Part shown: positions 13,440 through 27,289 of the stretch, one piece after another
How the letters are laid out: the number at the start of each line of letters is the position of its first letter
Position numbering within the stretch: the stretch's first letter is position 1
The notes under the pieces: generated by a model
The model's database searches: none
Told to the model about the DNA's origin: nothing
The model's input: the letters and a program-made list of their open reading frames with translations, nothing else
Source of the DNA: Eledone cirrhosa
Taxonomy: Eukaryota
Assembly (NCBI GenBank): GCA_964016885.1
Contig: OZ024742.1
Location: 261,578,001 to 261,642,000 of the forward strand
DNA: 64,000 nucleotides
Direction of reading: 5' to 3'
Program-made: the position numbers and the translations under genes

Positions 13440-15630
13440 TTCACACGGGCCATTCTCGCTACTTTCACCCACCTTTCATAAAACTTGCTGGGGTAGAGCA
13501 CCTCTCTCTCTCCATTCTGATCCTTCTCTTAAAATGGTATTTAAAGAAAAGGACCAGTTGTTGGCCGAAGAGAAAGGTGTCCGACCTCAGCCCTTTCAAA
13601 CGTGTCTACCATATCACCTCTTTCACCATGGCTATTAAAACAAGGGAAAGCCGCCTCTCCTTCATTTTTGAAGGGGGAAGGCGGCTTGATAGTTACAATG
13701 GACTCAGTGGTCAACTGGATTGGTCCCACCCGTAACAGCAGTCGTTCGACATAGCCCCACAGATCGGCAACGGTTTCCTCGTCGCGCACGCATCTGGGAG
13801 AGATTTTTTTCGCCTCGAGCACCGCATCCAGGTAACGATGGTCAACCCTATCGAAAGCCTTAGACTGATCCAAGTTGATCCGGGCCCCACCGAAGCCGGG
13901 TTTACACCCTACCCTCTCTATGATGTATCGCATGAGGTGGAGGTTGTCGTGTATGGACCTGGTCGGGATTGCGCATGTCTGCGCTTCTCCCACCAGGTTC
14001 TCGACGACAAGCGCCAGCCTCTTTGCCAACACCTTGGCCAAAATCTGAAACTCTGTGTTTAGCAGAGTTATGGGCCGGAAGTTGCCTATGTCATCCCCTT
14101 TATTATCGTCCTTCCTGACTAGTGTGACTACGCCCCGGTCACAGAACTGGGAATTCTCCCGTTCTGTTGCCAGTTACAGTAGACCGCTTCCAGGAGACCG
14201 GAGAATAAGTCCGGCATTGCTACGTAAAATTCGTACGGTAGACCGTCGAGACCTGGAGATTTGCGTTTGCCGCATTGGCTCAACGCGTCCCCTATCTCAA
14301 CGGCTGAAATCGGCTTTTCGCAGAACCTTGCCTCGCTGTCCGAGAGTTGCGGTAGGCCGTCGAGGTATGGACCGAAATCCATAGCCCCTCCCGGCGCGCC
14401 GCCCTACCCGAACAGCTAAGCAAAGTGCCGCTGAAAGGCCGCACACATCTGCTTCGGCTCACGTATCACGCGTCCGTTTTGGTCCTTCAAAGATCGAATC
14501 GTGGACTTGTTGCCACTTTTCGCCTCCGTCACCCGGGCCCAGCTAACAGCTTTGGCTCCCTCGTTACCCAGAGCACGTATTTTGCTTCTGACAACGCAGG
14601 CCTCATGCTTTGCGTCGAAGAACTGGTCCAAGGCCGTTCTCGTTGCAAGCACGTTGGCTACGTTTCCACTTCCAATTGCCTCTTCTACTTTATCTACCAG
14701 TTCTTTCTCGGTTCTATTTCTATCTAACGCTAATTCTTTACTAAAAACTAACGAGTCTAATCTAACTTCCCTCTTGAGAGAGTACCACCATCTGTTGTTG
14801 ACAATGGTCCCTGTCAAGTGCTGTATAACTAAAGTGCTAATCCGTCTACTGTAGGCTTTGCATGTCGGTAACGACAAGTTCAGCTTCCAGTAGCCGAGTC
14901 CTTGTCTATGGGTTCTATCAAGGTTGACCACGCAGGTCACTAGTTTGTGATCTGAATAAGCAACCATGAACATTTGTGGACAGCTTAACATGTCCCTATC
15001 CTTATTTCTAACTAGAACCCTATCTAGGTACGATCTAGATGTTCCGCTGCGATTAGTCCACGTCCACAGTGGCACAGTCGGAAAATCTAGTCGATATATA
15101 TCGGCCAGGTCAAATCGGCCGATTAACTGTTTGAGGCTGTTACACACCCCTTTATCGGGACATGCTCCCACATAGTCCCAACGTGCATCTAGGATTCCAT
15201 TCCAGTCCCCCACTAAAAGCAAGGAGCGGGACGTTCCCAGAAAAGTCTCTAGACGTTTGAAGAAGTCTGGCCGCGGTGTCCTGGATGGGGCATATGCGGC
15301 CACCAGCCTGAAGGCTCCACCTTCACCACCGTCAACGTCTAGGACCACCAGTCGACCCTCCGGGTCCAGATGTACCGTCTGTGTTACGAGGTCCAGGTGT
15401 TTCCGCAGCAAAACGGCAAACCCACCCCCGCCCTCCGGCTGACAGAGAGATGCGTAGATCTCAAAGTCATCGAAGATGGGGGCCAGCTGTCGCTCGCTGT
15501 GGATCCTGGACTCGCAAATGGCTACTACATCCATACTGTGCGACCTGGGGTCGTTTAAGAGTTAGCCCTGTTTTCAGGGCATCCCCAGGCCGCGTAGATT
15601 CACACACCCAACTCTTATATTGGCCATGTT
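13440..15630 (-). pseudogene. Tx1 ORF2 (APE endonuclease plus partial RT)
   Basis: VVAICES, LLVGDWN, SRSYLDRVL, SDH, YWKLN, KSPGLDGLPYEFY, INLDQSKAFDRVDH. Confidence 0.9.
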
Positions 15631-15930
15631 GGTTCTGAAAAGTTAAAAGAAGAGGAAAAGAAATCACTCACCTCTTCGTCTCCCGGGGATCAGGCCGCAC
15701 GGTTTCCATGGGGGTGATAGAGGAGTTGTCTGGGTGGGTGGTGGTTTCCGGCGGGGTGGGGATGGAGATGTTTGGTGGGGTGGGGGTGTCTGGGATGAGG
15801 GTGGGGAAACTTTTTAAAAGGACGCGGTTAATGGGTTTAACACAAGGATTACCCACGTCCTAAGGAAAGTTTTTCTTTGAAGACTTATAGGTGTCTGTAG
15901 GGACCCTAATCATCTTTAAATTAGGCTTGT

Positions 15931-17142
15931 CTACACAGTTCGAAAAAGTTTTCCCTTCGGTGAAGTTTTGTTTTTACTATTTATGTATGTGTAATGTTCT
16001 TGTTGTGTTGCGGTGGTTTTTGTCTGCTGTTTTTGTGGGAGCTTTCGTTTTGTTGTAGGTGTTTGTGTTTGGAGTGATGTCGTGGTTTTGTTTTCGGGAC
16101 GGGGGGTTTTTGTTTGTAATGTTTGTGTTGGTGGTTGTATGTTTGTAGTGATGTTTGTTGTATTTTTTTTGTTCTTGTGGTGTCGTTTCTTCTTTCTTTT
16201 CGAACGGAGAGGCTCTCCCTCATCATCACTTGGTGATGATGTGGGGGCCTCGTCCGTTCTGGTGTCTGTGTTATTTGGAAGGGGTATGTTTTGGGGAGCT
16301 GTTGTGTTTGTGGGTGTTTTTGCAGTGGTTTTAGGTGGAGTGGGGTTGGGTGGGACTCTGCTTGCAGGTTGGTTTGTTGTTCTTGTTTTGGTTGTGTTTG
16401 CGTGTTGTTGTTGTTGTTGTGGTGGTGGTGGTGGTGGTGGTGGTGGTGGTGGTGGTGGTGGTGGTGGTGGTTGTGTTGTTGTTTTGGGTGTTGGCAGTAG
16501 TGCCTCTTTTTTTTTAGTTAACTGAGGACAGTAAGCCTTCAGGTGACCACTGCTTAAACAGTGGTAACATGAAGGCCGCCTACCCTCAACAGAAATATTT
16601 ATGTATGAAATCCCATCCAGAGGCACACGTTGGGGTATTTTAGCTATCCGTTCTGGCCTCATTTGGACCAGAACTTCCATGCTTGTACCATTGAATGTGC
16701 CTCTGGAGGACTTTCCCACCGAAATGATGGTGTCTTCATCGAAATCGATGAAGCCAGTTAGAATCCACCAGACGTTTACATTTGGTGCAATGTTCAAAAT
16801 TTTTATTTTTTTAGTTCCTTTTCCCATATATGTGGTGAATAGGGTTTAAAGGGGGGACACAATCGGCGATACAGAATATTTTTGTGCTGTCAATTGGTCT
16901 TTCAACAACACCGAAATGCTTCCAAAAAGTTTCCCTTTTTGGATGAAGGCAATATCCTTCATGGAATTCTTCAGAACCAGTTCAATATCGTTTTGGGATA
17001 AATGAACTGGTTTTTTCGACACATTGGAAACCGTCCTAAAAATTACTGTTTTTAGAACAGTTTCTCTGCGTAACTGTTGAGACGTGATGCTGAAAGCACC
17101 ACTCTCACCAAAAGTTACATACTGTTTTGCATCGCTTAACAT
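15931..17142 (-). pseudogene. Tx1 ORF1 (Gag-like, zinc knuckle), fragmented
   Basis: EGRRPSCYHCLSSGHLKAYCP CCHC motif followed by a Pro/Thr-rich tail; split over ORFs 16846-17142 and 15931-16827. Confidence 0.8.
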
Positions 17143-17899
17143 TTCCCTAGCATTGGAAATGTCAAGGTATGTGAACAGTTCCGTCTTTTGGACGGTTTGA
17201 GCAAAAGAAATCTTTTCCTTATTCGTGGAGTTGTTCGTGTTGCTGTTGTTGTTGGTGGTGTTGTTGTTATCATTGTTGTTGTTGTTGGTGGTGGTGGTGT
17301 TGTTATCATTGTTGCTGTTGTTGTTCTTGTTGTCATTATTGTTGTTGTTGTTGTTCTAGTTGGTGTTGTTTATATTTTGCATGTTATTGGTGTTTGTTTT
17401 AGTGTTGATGTTACAATCAACGTCCGACATCGTGTTTTCAAAACTGACGACATTTTCGATGTCTTTCAATGAGGTGGTGAGAGGCGGTGACTGCGAGCGT
17501 AACACTCTTGCCGCCTCTCCACCACTTCTAGTTATGAACGCAGCGTTCATGACTGAATGTAAGGTGATATATCTTGTCATCACTTTAAGAGAGGTGTGGC
17601 GAGGAAGACACCTAGTTCAAACTATCACTTACCAGACAAATCTAGAACAAATGGCTGTCACATAATTATGTTTTATTTTTATGGTGTAGAGTGTGTGTAA
17701 TATATTATATCCGTGTGTCTCTATGTGAACGTCATTATTCTTTTCATCCTTTCATTATAATTATTCACAGGTTTCTTGTTAATTAACTGATTGTCATGTG
17801 ACTAATGACGTCAGAAGATAATTCAATTGAATGCCGCCATTATTGCATTAGATTCCATTCAACATTGCCACAATATTGGAGTTGCACTAATGTCATTGG

Positions 17900-18474
17900 T
17901 TGGCGGTGGTAGTGGCGGTGGTGAAGGTGGTGGTGGTGATGGCGGTGTGTGTGTGGGGGGTAGTGGCGATGGTGATGGTGGTAGTGGCGATGGTGGTGGT
18001 GGTGGTGGTGGTGATAGTGGTGGTGGTTGTGGTAATGGTGGTGGTGGTGGTTGTGGTGATAGTGGTGGTGGTGGTTGTGGTGATAGTGGTGGTGGTGGTA
18101 GTTGTAGTGATGGTGATGGTGGTGATGGTAGTGCTTGTGGTAGTGGGGGGGTAGTGGTGATGGTAGTGGTTGTGTTGTGGTGATGATGGTGGTGGTGGTG
18201 GTGGTGGTGGTGGTGGTGGTGATGGTGGAGATGGTGGTAGTGGTGATGGTAGTGGTTGTGGTGATGGTGGTGGTGGTCATGGTGGTGATGGTACGGCAGT
18301 CATTGATGTTATTGTTATCAATATTGTTGTTGTCTTTGTAATATCACTTCCACCCGATACCCGTATGGCAAATAAAAGAAACTGATAGCATTTTTGTTGT
18401 TATTGTTGTTGTTGTTGTTGTTGTTGTTTCTCTTATTGTGTTGATGGCGGTCTTTGTTGTTGATGACGTCGTTA

Positions 18475-18533
<59 letters not shown>

Positions 18534-19445
18534 AATATTATTAGTACCGAGGTTATTGTTGATGTTGGTGAAGGCACGTCGCCTAGTGGTTAGTATCTTT
18601 GATTTAAGATCATAACGACACGAGTTCGATTCCCCGACCATTACTCCAGTCCACTGGAAGAAATGGAGTGCAATGATACTGGTGCCAATCTGTAGATACC
18701 TTTGTTTTTCCTTTGGACAAAGTTATATACAGTGAATATATAGTGTCTTGGAGCGGAACCTTCCAACTTCAAACCCATGGTCATTCATAAGAGGGCAGGG
18801 AGGCTCATGTGTTATGTCTCAATGTTGCTGTGGCTTTTGTTTTTGTTGCTACTATTTGTTGTTGTTGGTGGTGGTGGTGGTGGTGGTGGTGGTGGTGGTG
18901 GTGGTGGTGGTGGTGGTGGTGGTGGTGGTGGTGGTGGTGGTGGCGGTGGTGGTGGTGGTGGTGGTGGTGGTGGTGGTGGTGGTGGTGGTGGTGGTGGTGG
19001 CGGTGGTGGTGGTGGTGGTGGCGGTGGTTGTGGTGGTGGTGGTGGGGATGGTGGTAGTGATGGTGGTGGTGGTGGTGGTGGTGGTGGTGGTGGTGGTGGT
19101 GGTGGTGGTGGTGGTGGTGGTGGTGGTGGTGGTGGTGGTGGTGGTGGCGGTGGTGGTGGTGGTGGTGGCGGTGGTTGTGGTGGTGGTGGTGGGGATGGTG
19201 GTAGTGATGGTGGTGGTGGTGGTGGTGGTGGTGGTGGTGGTGGTGGTGGTGGTGGTGGTGGTGGTGGTGGTGGTGGTGGTGGTGGTGGTGGTGGTGGTGG
19301 TGGTGGTGGTGGCGGTGGTTGTGGTGGTGGCGGTGGTTGTGGTGGTGGCGGTGGTTGTGGTGGTGGTGATGGGGATGGTGGTAGTGATGGTGGTGGTGGT
19401 GGTGGTGGTGGTGGTGGTGGTGGTGGTGGTGGTGGTGGTGGTGGG
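17900..19445. repeat. (GGT)n, (GTT)n and (GCT)n trinucleotide arrays with higher-order repetition
   Basis: Visible directly; the source of the poly-G/T/V/W ORFs. Confidence 0.95.
18572..18800 (+). mobile_element. Degenerate tRNA-derived SINE
   Basis: A-box-like cctagtggttag and B-box gagttcgattccc. Confidence 0.55.
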
Positions 19446-20177
19446 GCTATTCTTGTTGCTCTTGATTGGATGACCTGTGTTCAAATGCGTTCCAGCCACG
19501 ACCATCCCATCTGTTTTCAGATTTCGTGCACCTCCGATTATATTATCCAGTCGGACTTTTGAAGGAATGTTGGGTGTTATATCTCGCAGGTTAAGTGACC
19601 ACGAAGTGACAGCCTTGTTGGTGTTGTTGTTACTGGTGATGTAGTTCATGTTTAGCGCCAGATCAGCCCTGATCGAATAAACCAATAATTAAAGATATTC
19701 CAGCTGTGATCATGCCGCCTTTGTTAGACATGGTGTGCCTAGAAAAACATTTTGAATTGCATCCTTCACTTTTCTAAGATGGTAGAGATTAATTCAAAAG
19801 AGATTTCGCCGAGGGGTTGGTTATTTTGTTTTTTGTTTTTGTTTGCCGTCCTTTGCTGTTTTTGCCATTTTTGACGTTTTGGGGGAGTTTTTTTTTATCG
19901 CTTAGTCAGATGGAAAGGTATCGTTCGTTTTTCATGGTGCCCTAGATTGGTTGGAGGGAGAGAGGAAGGTCTCTTTAAATCATTAGAGATCTGGCCCAGG
20001 TTGGGTTAAACTGCGCAACAGATTAAATCTACCACCCAGCTAGCTTGCTATTTTATTTATTGACGGAGGTAGATTGAAGAGCAAAGTTGACCTCGACGGG
20101 ATTTCAGCTGAGCACACAAAGAACCAGAATAAATCCAGTATGACACTTTCTCCATCATTCTTGCTCGTGTAAAGGGT

Positions 20178-20495
20178 GGGTGAGCGTAGCTTAGTGATTA
20201 GGATGTTCGGCTTACGATTGTAAGTTTGTGAGTTCGATTCCCGGTGGCGTGTGGTGTCCTTGGACAAGACACTTAATTTCTTTTTGTTCCAATCCTAGAA
20301 AAAAATGAATTGTACCTGTAATTTAAAGGACTAGTCTTATCACATATTGTTATGTTGAATCTCCCTGAAAACTAAATTAAACGTGCTCGTGTTTGAAAAT
20401 GCTCAGTCACATGCACGTTAATTTCTCGAGCAGGCTGTTTCGTTGTTCAAACAATTGGAACATTCGTCGTCAAAATCGATGGAAGTCCAACAACA
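20178..20495 (+). mobile_element. tRNA-derived SINE
   Basis: A box tagcttagtgattagg, B box gagttcgattcccgg, then gtgtccttggacaagacactt. A related body lies inverted at about 22640-22800. Confidence 0.65.
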
Positions 20496-21726
20496 ATATA
20501 TGTAAGAGGGAGCACGGTGAAAGCATTAGGAATAGACATGCTACCAGAAAGAATAACATGATTTGGTTCAGAAAAGAAGAAAACTTTATAAATTTCTTCG
20601 CTGGAAACAATGTGAACAATGTGAACAAACTAGATAAAACTATAAAAAAATTAATCCGCTATATTTGAAGTGATATCGAAGCTCAAAGAAAAGCACTATA
20701 GATGTTCATTTTGAATTCTTCACCAAAAATCGAACGAGTGTCATAAAATGCTGTGTAGTTCCAGTATTTGTGAATGCGATAGAAGTGATTTAATTCAGCA
20801 ACGATGTTAAATAGAAGCATCAAGAGAGGAATCGTGAGTGAAAGCGAGTCAGTTGTTCGGCAGACAAGTAAAGTGGTATAAAGATTAGTATTCATGTCAT
20901 ATCAAGTAAAACTGGATTTTTAAAAAGTATCAAGGGTATGACAGATGTGGAAAGGAAATAAAAGATAGAGTGGTGCATTAAATGCCGATGAGAAAATGGG
21001 AATGTATAAGAACTGAAAAGGCATTCAAGAAAGATCAGAAAATAATATTCATCCACAGAGAGATCTACACACAAAGAGAAGAATTAGAGCTTAAGTAGAA
21101 TAGAGATAAAACTATAATGTAGTGTGATGTTTAACAGCAGAGATCATAAAGCCAAGAGAGTGTAGGGTATTAGGCACTATAAACTAACAATTTGAGGTCG
21201 AAAATAATGACAGGTCTACCGACATGTTATATGCCTCGTATATCTTTCGATTCTACGTTAATGTGTTAGCGAGAGATATACATAGTATATAGAATCGGCG
21301 CTTCTGTATTTAGGGCTCTATGTTCGCATTACAATGTGCGCCTACTCTTCCCCAAATAAAATACTTTTATCTTACAGTTTAGTAAATCCGAACATAGTGT
21401 TTGACACTTCATACTCTGACTACACCATGAAGATTACTAAACCTGCATTTTTCACAAGAGAGTCCGCACTCCCCCACGTCAGATGTCACAGGTTCTAACA
21501 TCATATGACCCTCTTCGCCCCTTTGAATATTTACGCGGCAAAGATGTTTAGTGATTTATTGATCGTAGAAAATTATATATTTAATTTAATTATACAAATT
21601 TATATAAAACTGCGATCCTTTAAGGTTCAGAAATGCGCCTTTCTGTGCCTTAGATGGTTGCCTAGTGGGCCTAATAGTAGTGCTTGTCCTGTTCGTATAT
21701 CATTTCAGAGTAAATGTCTTAGTTAC

Positions 21727-21772
21727 TTATATATAATATAAAAGAAAGATGTTTATTGTTTGGCTGGTTGAA

Positions 21773-21844
<72 letters not shown>

Positions 21845-22431
21845 CTAAAGAGAGAGAGACACACAGAGGGAGAAGCAGAAAGAGAGAGATAGGCCGTTAT
21901 ACAGAGAGAGATACAATTAAAGTGTTAGATATTCACACAGAGAGTAACGTCCCCTGAAAGTCTAGAAACGGCTTAAACTATAGATCTTTTGATCTATAGG
22001 ACGGTTTAACAATATTGCGTTAGCTTTTATAAAGTTGTTTTAGTCTTTGATTTTACAGAACAAAGAAAAATTGATACTATTTGAAATTAATTTACCCTCC
22101 AGCTTTTATCCACATACTACTTACAGACCGTACTAACGAAGCTAAACACTTCAGAAGCAATGTTATGCGGTGTATTGCTGTGTTTCAGATGACATCCTTT
22201 GGAGCTGAAATAGATCATACTGACTATGGTTATTTCACATTTAAAATCCAAGGCCAATGCTACCATTTAATCCGCAATTTACTCCCCCAGCCTAATAAGG
22301 AAGTTTTATTATTGTTTTTTTTTTATGTCTCTCTCTCACGCACACATTATAGTCTCACCTCATACCAGATAACACATCCAATACAGTTGTTTTCTCAGTT
22401 CTCTCGGGCGAAGCCGGGTACCTCAGCTAGT
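21727..22431 (+). mobile_element. Non-autonomous Helitron with a Rep-region fragment
   Basis: AKHFRSNV...FQMTSFGA...TFKIQGQCYH (Helitron N-terminal motif); 3' hairpin ctcgggcgaagccggg followed by CTAG|T. Confidence 0.75.
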
Positions 22432-23381
22432 TACTCTATAATACACAGCGAATTTGTGCCTGTTAAACTAGACATATTTGAAATGTTTATCATCATTAAC
22501 CGTACTACACAAAAAAATTGCCTCACCACATATTTCACAGCACAACATAATATTCTACTCAGGTTTAACCTAGCAAACTATCACACTTCGATGTCTGTGT
22601 CAATAATTATTTGCGTTTAACATAGGATATATCGATGGGCCTCCATCGATTTAGGCGATTAACGTTCTAGTTGTTCGATGAACGGAACAGCCTTCATGTG
22701 AAATTAACGTGTAAATGGCTTAGCATTCCACAGATACGAGTATCCGTAAGGTATTTCTCAAGGAGACTCGACGTGCTACAGTGTGTGTTTGAATTACATG
22801 TACAGTCCACCCGACGGGCTTCCAAACAGTCTCTGTCTATCCAATTTCACTCACAAAGCATGGGACACCCCGAGACCAATGGTAAATAACACCAAGAATG
22901 TTAAGCAGTGAAATCACACCCAAGACTTAAAGATTGTGAAGTGAACTTCTCAACCATTCGGTCATGCTGCGTCCATTAAGATAATTATACCTCATAAGTT
23001 CAGTAGTTGGGATGTGGAGTGTTACCTGATGAATATGAAACTAGCAGCACTTTCTAAATAGAAAAATGTTTTCATCTATCTTGTTTATACTCCCAGAAGT
23101 AGTTTTTTCTCATTTAATTTTAATATATAAAATTGTTTCTCTGTAAGATTTCTTTCATTGAGATGTTTGGGTATTAGAGATTATTAATCTTTGATTAATA
23201 TTAAACTGTTACGTAATTTGTCGAGCTGTACTATTCGGTCTTTAGGCTGCTATTTCAAGTAGTTATATCTTAAGAGATTTGAGAACGTTAAACTAAGCGT
23301 GTTATGATTTCACCATGCTGCCTCAGCTTTGGAAATAGTATGTATTATATCTTGTTCCATTTCTCTTAGACTTGAAGAATT

Positions 23382-23468
23382 ATACTCCCCTGAAGAGTGT
23401 GGCGGATTCTTCAATTATTGATGGTTCCAACAATAATTCTTCCCCATATGAAACCATGGTAGGAAAAT
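23382..23468 (+). ncRNA. Type I hammerhead ribozyme (helix I partly decayed)
   Basis: CTGAAGA 23390-23396; helix II GTGTGG/CCATAT with an inner aattattg/caataatt stem; GAAA; palindrome CCATGG; GUA. Confidence 0.7.
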
Positions 23469-23556
23469 CTATATATAAGCGAAGTTAGATGGAAAATTTT
23501 GTTTTCGTCTATCTTGTGTATACTCCCAGAATTAGAAGTTTTTCTCATTTAATTTA

Positions 23557-23746
<190 letters not shown>

Positions 23747-23839
23747 GTATTTCCGTAGAAAAGGTATAGGAAAGAAGAGTGTTCTATGTATAGTACAGAG
23801 CTATTTAATTATATAATAAACAACACAATATAATTATTC

Positions 23840-23940
23840 CATTACCCAAGGTTTCGCGAAATTAGAGGATTCTAACAGAAACGTCTGGTTCGTTCATCAG
23901 ATGAAATATCTGATGAACGAACAAGATGTTTCTGTTAGGG
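23840..23940 (-). ncRNA. Hammerhead-like motif overlapping a ~30 bp-arm fold-back
   Basis: Minus strand reads CTGATGA aCGAA...TTCGc GAAA CCTTGGG TA; inverted repeat spans 23872-23938. Confidence 0.5.
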
Positions 23941-23962
23941 TAATGCTGCCAATAGAACCAAC

Positions 23963-24055
<93 letters not shown>

Positions 24056-24211
24056 ATTGGCAGTATGACCCTCCTAAAGTATAACAATATCTGTTTCAAC
24101 ACGCGTTTTCAAATAAGAAATCTTGCAAAACAAATTCAAAAACGAAATATATATATATATATTTATATGATAAAGAACACAAGAGCGTCTACAACATCAA
24201 ACATTTGTTAT

Positions 24212-24260
24212 TGGCTTACAATGTTTCTTCCTTACGTAACCGTACGATTCTTCAGAGCTA
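24212..24260 (-). ncRNA. Type I hammerhead ribozyme (slightly decayed)
   Basis: Minus strand: tagct CTGAAGA atcgTACG gtta CGTAaggaa GAAA CATTG TA^agcca. Confidence 0.65.
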
Positions 24261-24708
24261 TAAAAGGGGTTTGATTGGTGTTATGGACTCTACCAACCAA
24301 ACATTCAAGAACAAAGAGTAAAGAGAGTAAAGAGCAAAAGCAGGGGACAATAAGTCTAATTTAGGTGCGGGAGGGTGGGTGTGGGTCCTTGTTTACTAGC
24401 TGTGGTCATACTCATTCCTGGGAGTCGAGTGGTTAGTGGAGCCATAGATGGGGTGGCATTGATAGTAGGGTGCAGAGGGTGTGCAGAGGCTACGCACACA
24501 CAAAGGGCATATCATATATATATAACGGAGGAGAAAGTACATGAGGTAATTAGAAATGGAATAAGAATAATAATAATTTATAGTTAATAATGTATAATAA
24601 GGCATAGGGAAGATTACACTATAATAAGGTATAAAAGTAAGAATAAAATAAAATATAAGGAGGATAAAAATGAAAATAAAAATATATTTATATATATATA
24701 TATATTTA

Positions 24709-24989
24709 TAGCCTTTGTCAGGGCATTCTTCTAGGAGAAGGCAACTCAGGAAACTGGGATAACTCCAATATAAAATCTGCGGCTCAGTAGTTACCGATGA
24801 TGTTGATCTTTTCTTCTTTTGGGGTTATAGCTACTGTCGCTCAGATAGTGGGATTGGCTCAGTGCACAGTCTTACCTCACTTTAAAAAAAATCTTCACGC
24901 ACAGGCATTGCACGATAGCATTAATTGATAATTATTAATAATGTTATATCGTACAATGGCCATATTCGATAACGAGGGGCAGCCATTAT
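24709..24989 (+). mobile_element. 5'-truncated RTE-derived element, subfamily B
   Basis: Matches 58685-58924. Confidence 0.85.
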
Positions 24990-25002
24990 GTATGTATGTA
25001 TG

Positions 25003-26392
25003 TTCTTCTGGTTTTATAATTTCACAAAGTTTTACCAATAGAGAGAGAGTCGGTTTCTAACATAGACACAAGACACTCTCATTGGAATTTACACAACATC
25101 AACTAGGTAGATATGTATGTATGCATGCATGTGTAGATATGGATGTTGTTGTATGTGTGGATGTGGATGTTTTGAGTTGTATGTGTGCATGTGTCTATGC
25201 TTTGCATCTGTACATGTGTATATGCAGTTATTAGATGCAAAATTTTTGGAATGTTTTACATATTTTTACTGTTCCATTAATGGATTGTACTTGTAGTTTC
25301 CTAACTAGTTGTGTTCTTTCTGTTCCTGTGAAGCCTAACTTCTCAAGATTTGTATTGAGGCAGTTACTAACATACCCCAGTGTCCCAATAATCACAGGCA
25401 TAAATCTGAAGGTGTAATCAGGGTGGAGTATCTGCAGATTTCTCATCAGTTCTGCATAAATATTCTCCTTTTCACTAATCTTTGATATTATATTGGCATC
25501 TGCTGGGCAGCTAATTTCCACTACTGTGCATGCTTTCTTCTCCCTGTCCCATATCATAATATCTGGTCTGTTATGCCTGCATTTTATTGGGGTTTTTACT
25601 GGAACATTCCACCAGTACTCTTTCATATTATGTATATGTATGTCTTTCACATTGCTGTAGCTTTTAATGTTTTTATTATCGAGGCTATCTTTTTTACGAC
25701 TGCATTGTACAGTTTTTTGGCCACTACATCATGCCCCATAGGTAGATAGTACCGCGATGACATCTTTGGACAGCTGCTGATGACATGGGGACATCTTCAA
25801 TGTTTATTCCGCAGAGTCTGCATCTTTCGTCACACCTAGATGTTTTGATATCCTCGATGTTAGTTCTGCAGAGTCTGCACTTGTTATCACATCTAGGTGT
25901 TTTGCCTGCATCCCTATCTCTTTTGTGAATCAGGTATTTCGTGTTAATCTCCTGTTCTTGGATTGCAAAAGCGTATCCTTCAAAGTGGGAGCCAATATAG
26001 CGGTTGTTGGTCCAAGATAGACTACTTTCCTTATCTATATTACTCTCACTCTGGGGCTTCCTGGCAACATATCCATGCATGATTTTTTGCTGATTACTAT
26101 GTAGTTTTTTTATCCATGGATTCACTGCGATACTGCTGAGTGACTTCCCTGGGTGTGAGTTTTTGATTATCACACAGGGAATATCTCTCGAGGAGTTCCT
26201 TCCCAACTCTCATGATCTTATCTGTTTCATGCAGATAGACTTGCTCGAGAAACAGGCTCCTACGCTTCGAGGTTCGTAGATGTTGTAGGAGAGATATGAT
26301 GCGACATTCAAATGTTGTCTGGACTGATGTTAGGCCTCTGCCTCCCTACTTATGTTTCAAGTAAAGGCGGTCTATGTCACTGTTGATGTGGT
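25003..26392 (-). mobile_element. 5'-truncated R4/Dong-like LINE (CCHC finger plus restriction-like endonuclease)
   Basis: EGYAFAIQEQEINTKY, CRLC, EYWWN, NRPDIMIWD, VVEISCP; homologous to 59075-60241. Confidence 0.9.
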
Positions 26393-26435
26393 TTTTCTGC
26401 TAGTATAGATAATTACCTATTATTATTTCTGCTAG

Positions 26436-26619
26436 GGCGGTGGATTGGCAGTATCGGTAGAGGGTCGGACGCCATGCTTTCCAGCATAGTTACGTCCCTT
26501 TACGATCTGAGTTCAAATCCCGCCGAGGTTGACTTTGCCTTTCATCCTTACGGGGTCGATAAAATAAAGTACCAGTAATGTACTGGATAATTGCTGGCCT
26601 TGTGCCTAAAGTAGAAACA
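26436..26619 (+). mobile_element. tRNA-derived SINE with 14-bp TSD
   Basis: A/B boxes (tggcagtatcggtag; gagttcaaatcc); body gccgaggttgactttgcctttcatcc...; TSD attatttctgctag at 26422-26435 and 26620-26633. Confidence 0.85.
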
Positions 26620-27289
26620 ATTATTTCTGCTAGCATGTGTTGTGCGTATATTGATATTATGCGCAGGTATATATACATGTAGATATGATACATCAAATAA
26701 AATCGTAATTGACAATATATAATACATAGAAATTGAACGAAGACTGCTTTACACTGTCTTATTTAATCAGTAACGTAATCCATGATACATTAAAAAAGAC
26801 GATATTATATATAAACTGCATTAAGAGAAAATTAGTGACAGAAGATTAGTATGTTTATTTACGCGATGGCCAACCGGAAGTGTTGACATTTCAGAAATTT
26901 TAAAGAAGTGAATCTTTAAATAAACAAAATATATTTAATCAACAGCCACGAAATTTAGTAGATAAATTATCTAATATTCATTCATTATTTATTCAAAGTA
27001 ACCAACTTATTTTACTAATGGGATAAAAAATTATAAACCGTACGCAGTCCCGCGCTCCTTACTTTAGATATAGTATAATCCTTGAGCTCATTAAATTACA
27101 GGGGATTAATGCGAGTCTTTAACTCCTTTTTTTCATTTAATATATATATTAATATATATATTTTATATATATATATTTATATCTATCTATCTATCTATCT
27201 ATCTTGCTCGAAGTGCTCGAAGTGGATTTGTCGATAAGGTAGCATATACAGAGTACGAAAATAGACCTAGAAGAAATAGATCTCGTCGC

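Larger units (their letters stand above)
13190..17665 (-). mobile_element. L1/Tx1-clade LINE, near full length, frameshifted, with internal RT deletion
   Basis: ORF1 with CCHC knuckle, ORF2 APE endonuclease and RT motifs; 3' end runs into (TCTA)/(TCTG)n. Confidence 0.9.

Noticed and set aside
17827-19685. Poly-Gly/Val/Thr/His ORFs resembling glycine-rich or mucin proteins
   Set aside because: (GGT)n arrays open in several frames on both strands, with no unique domain or exon context.
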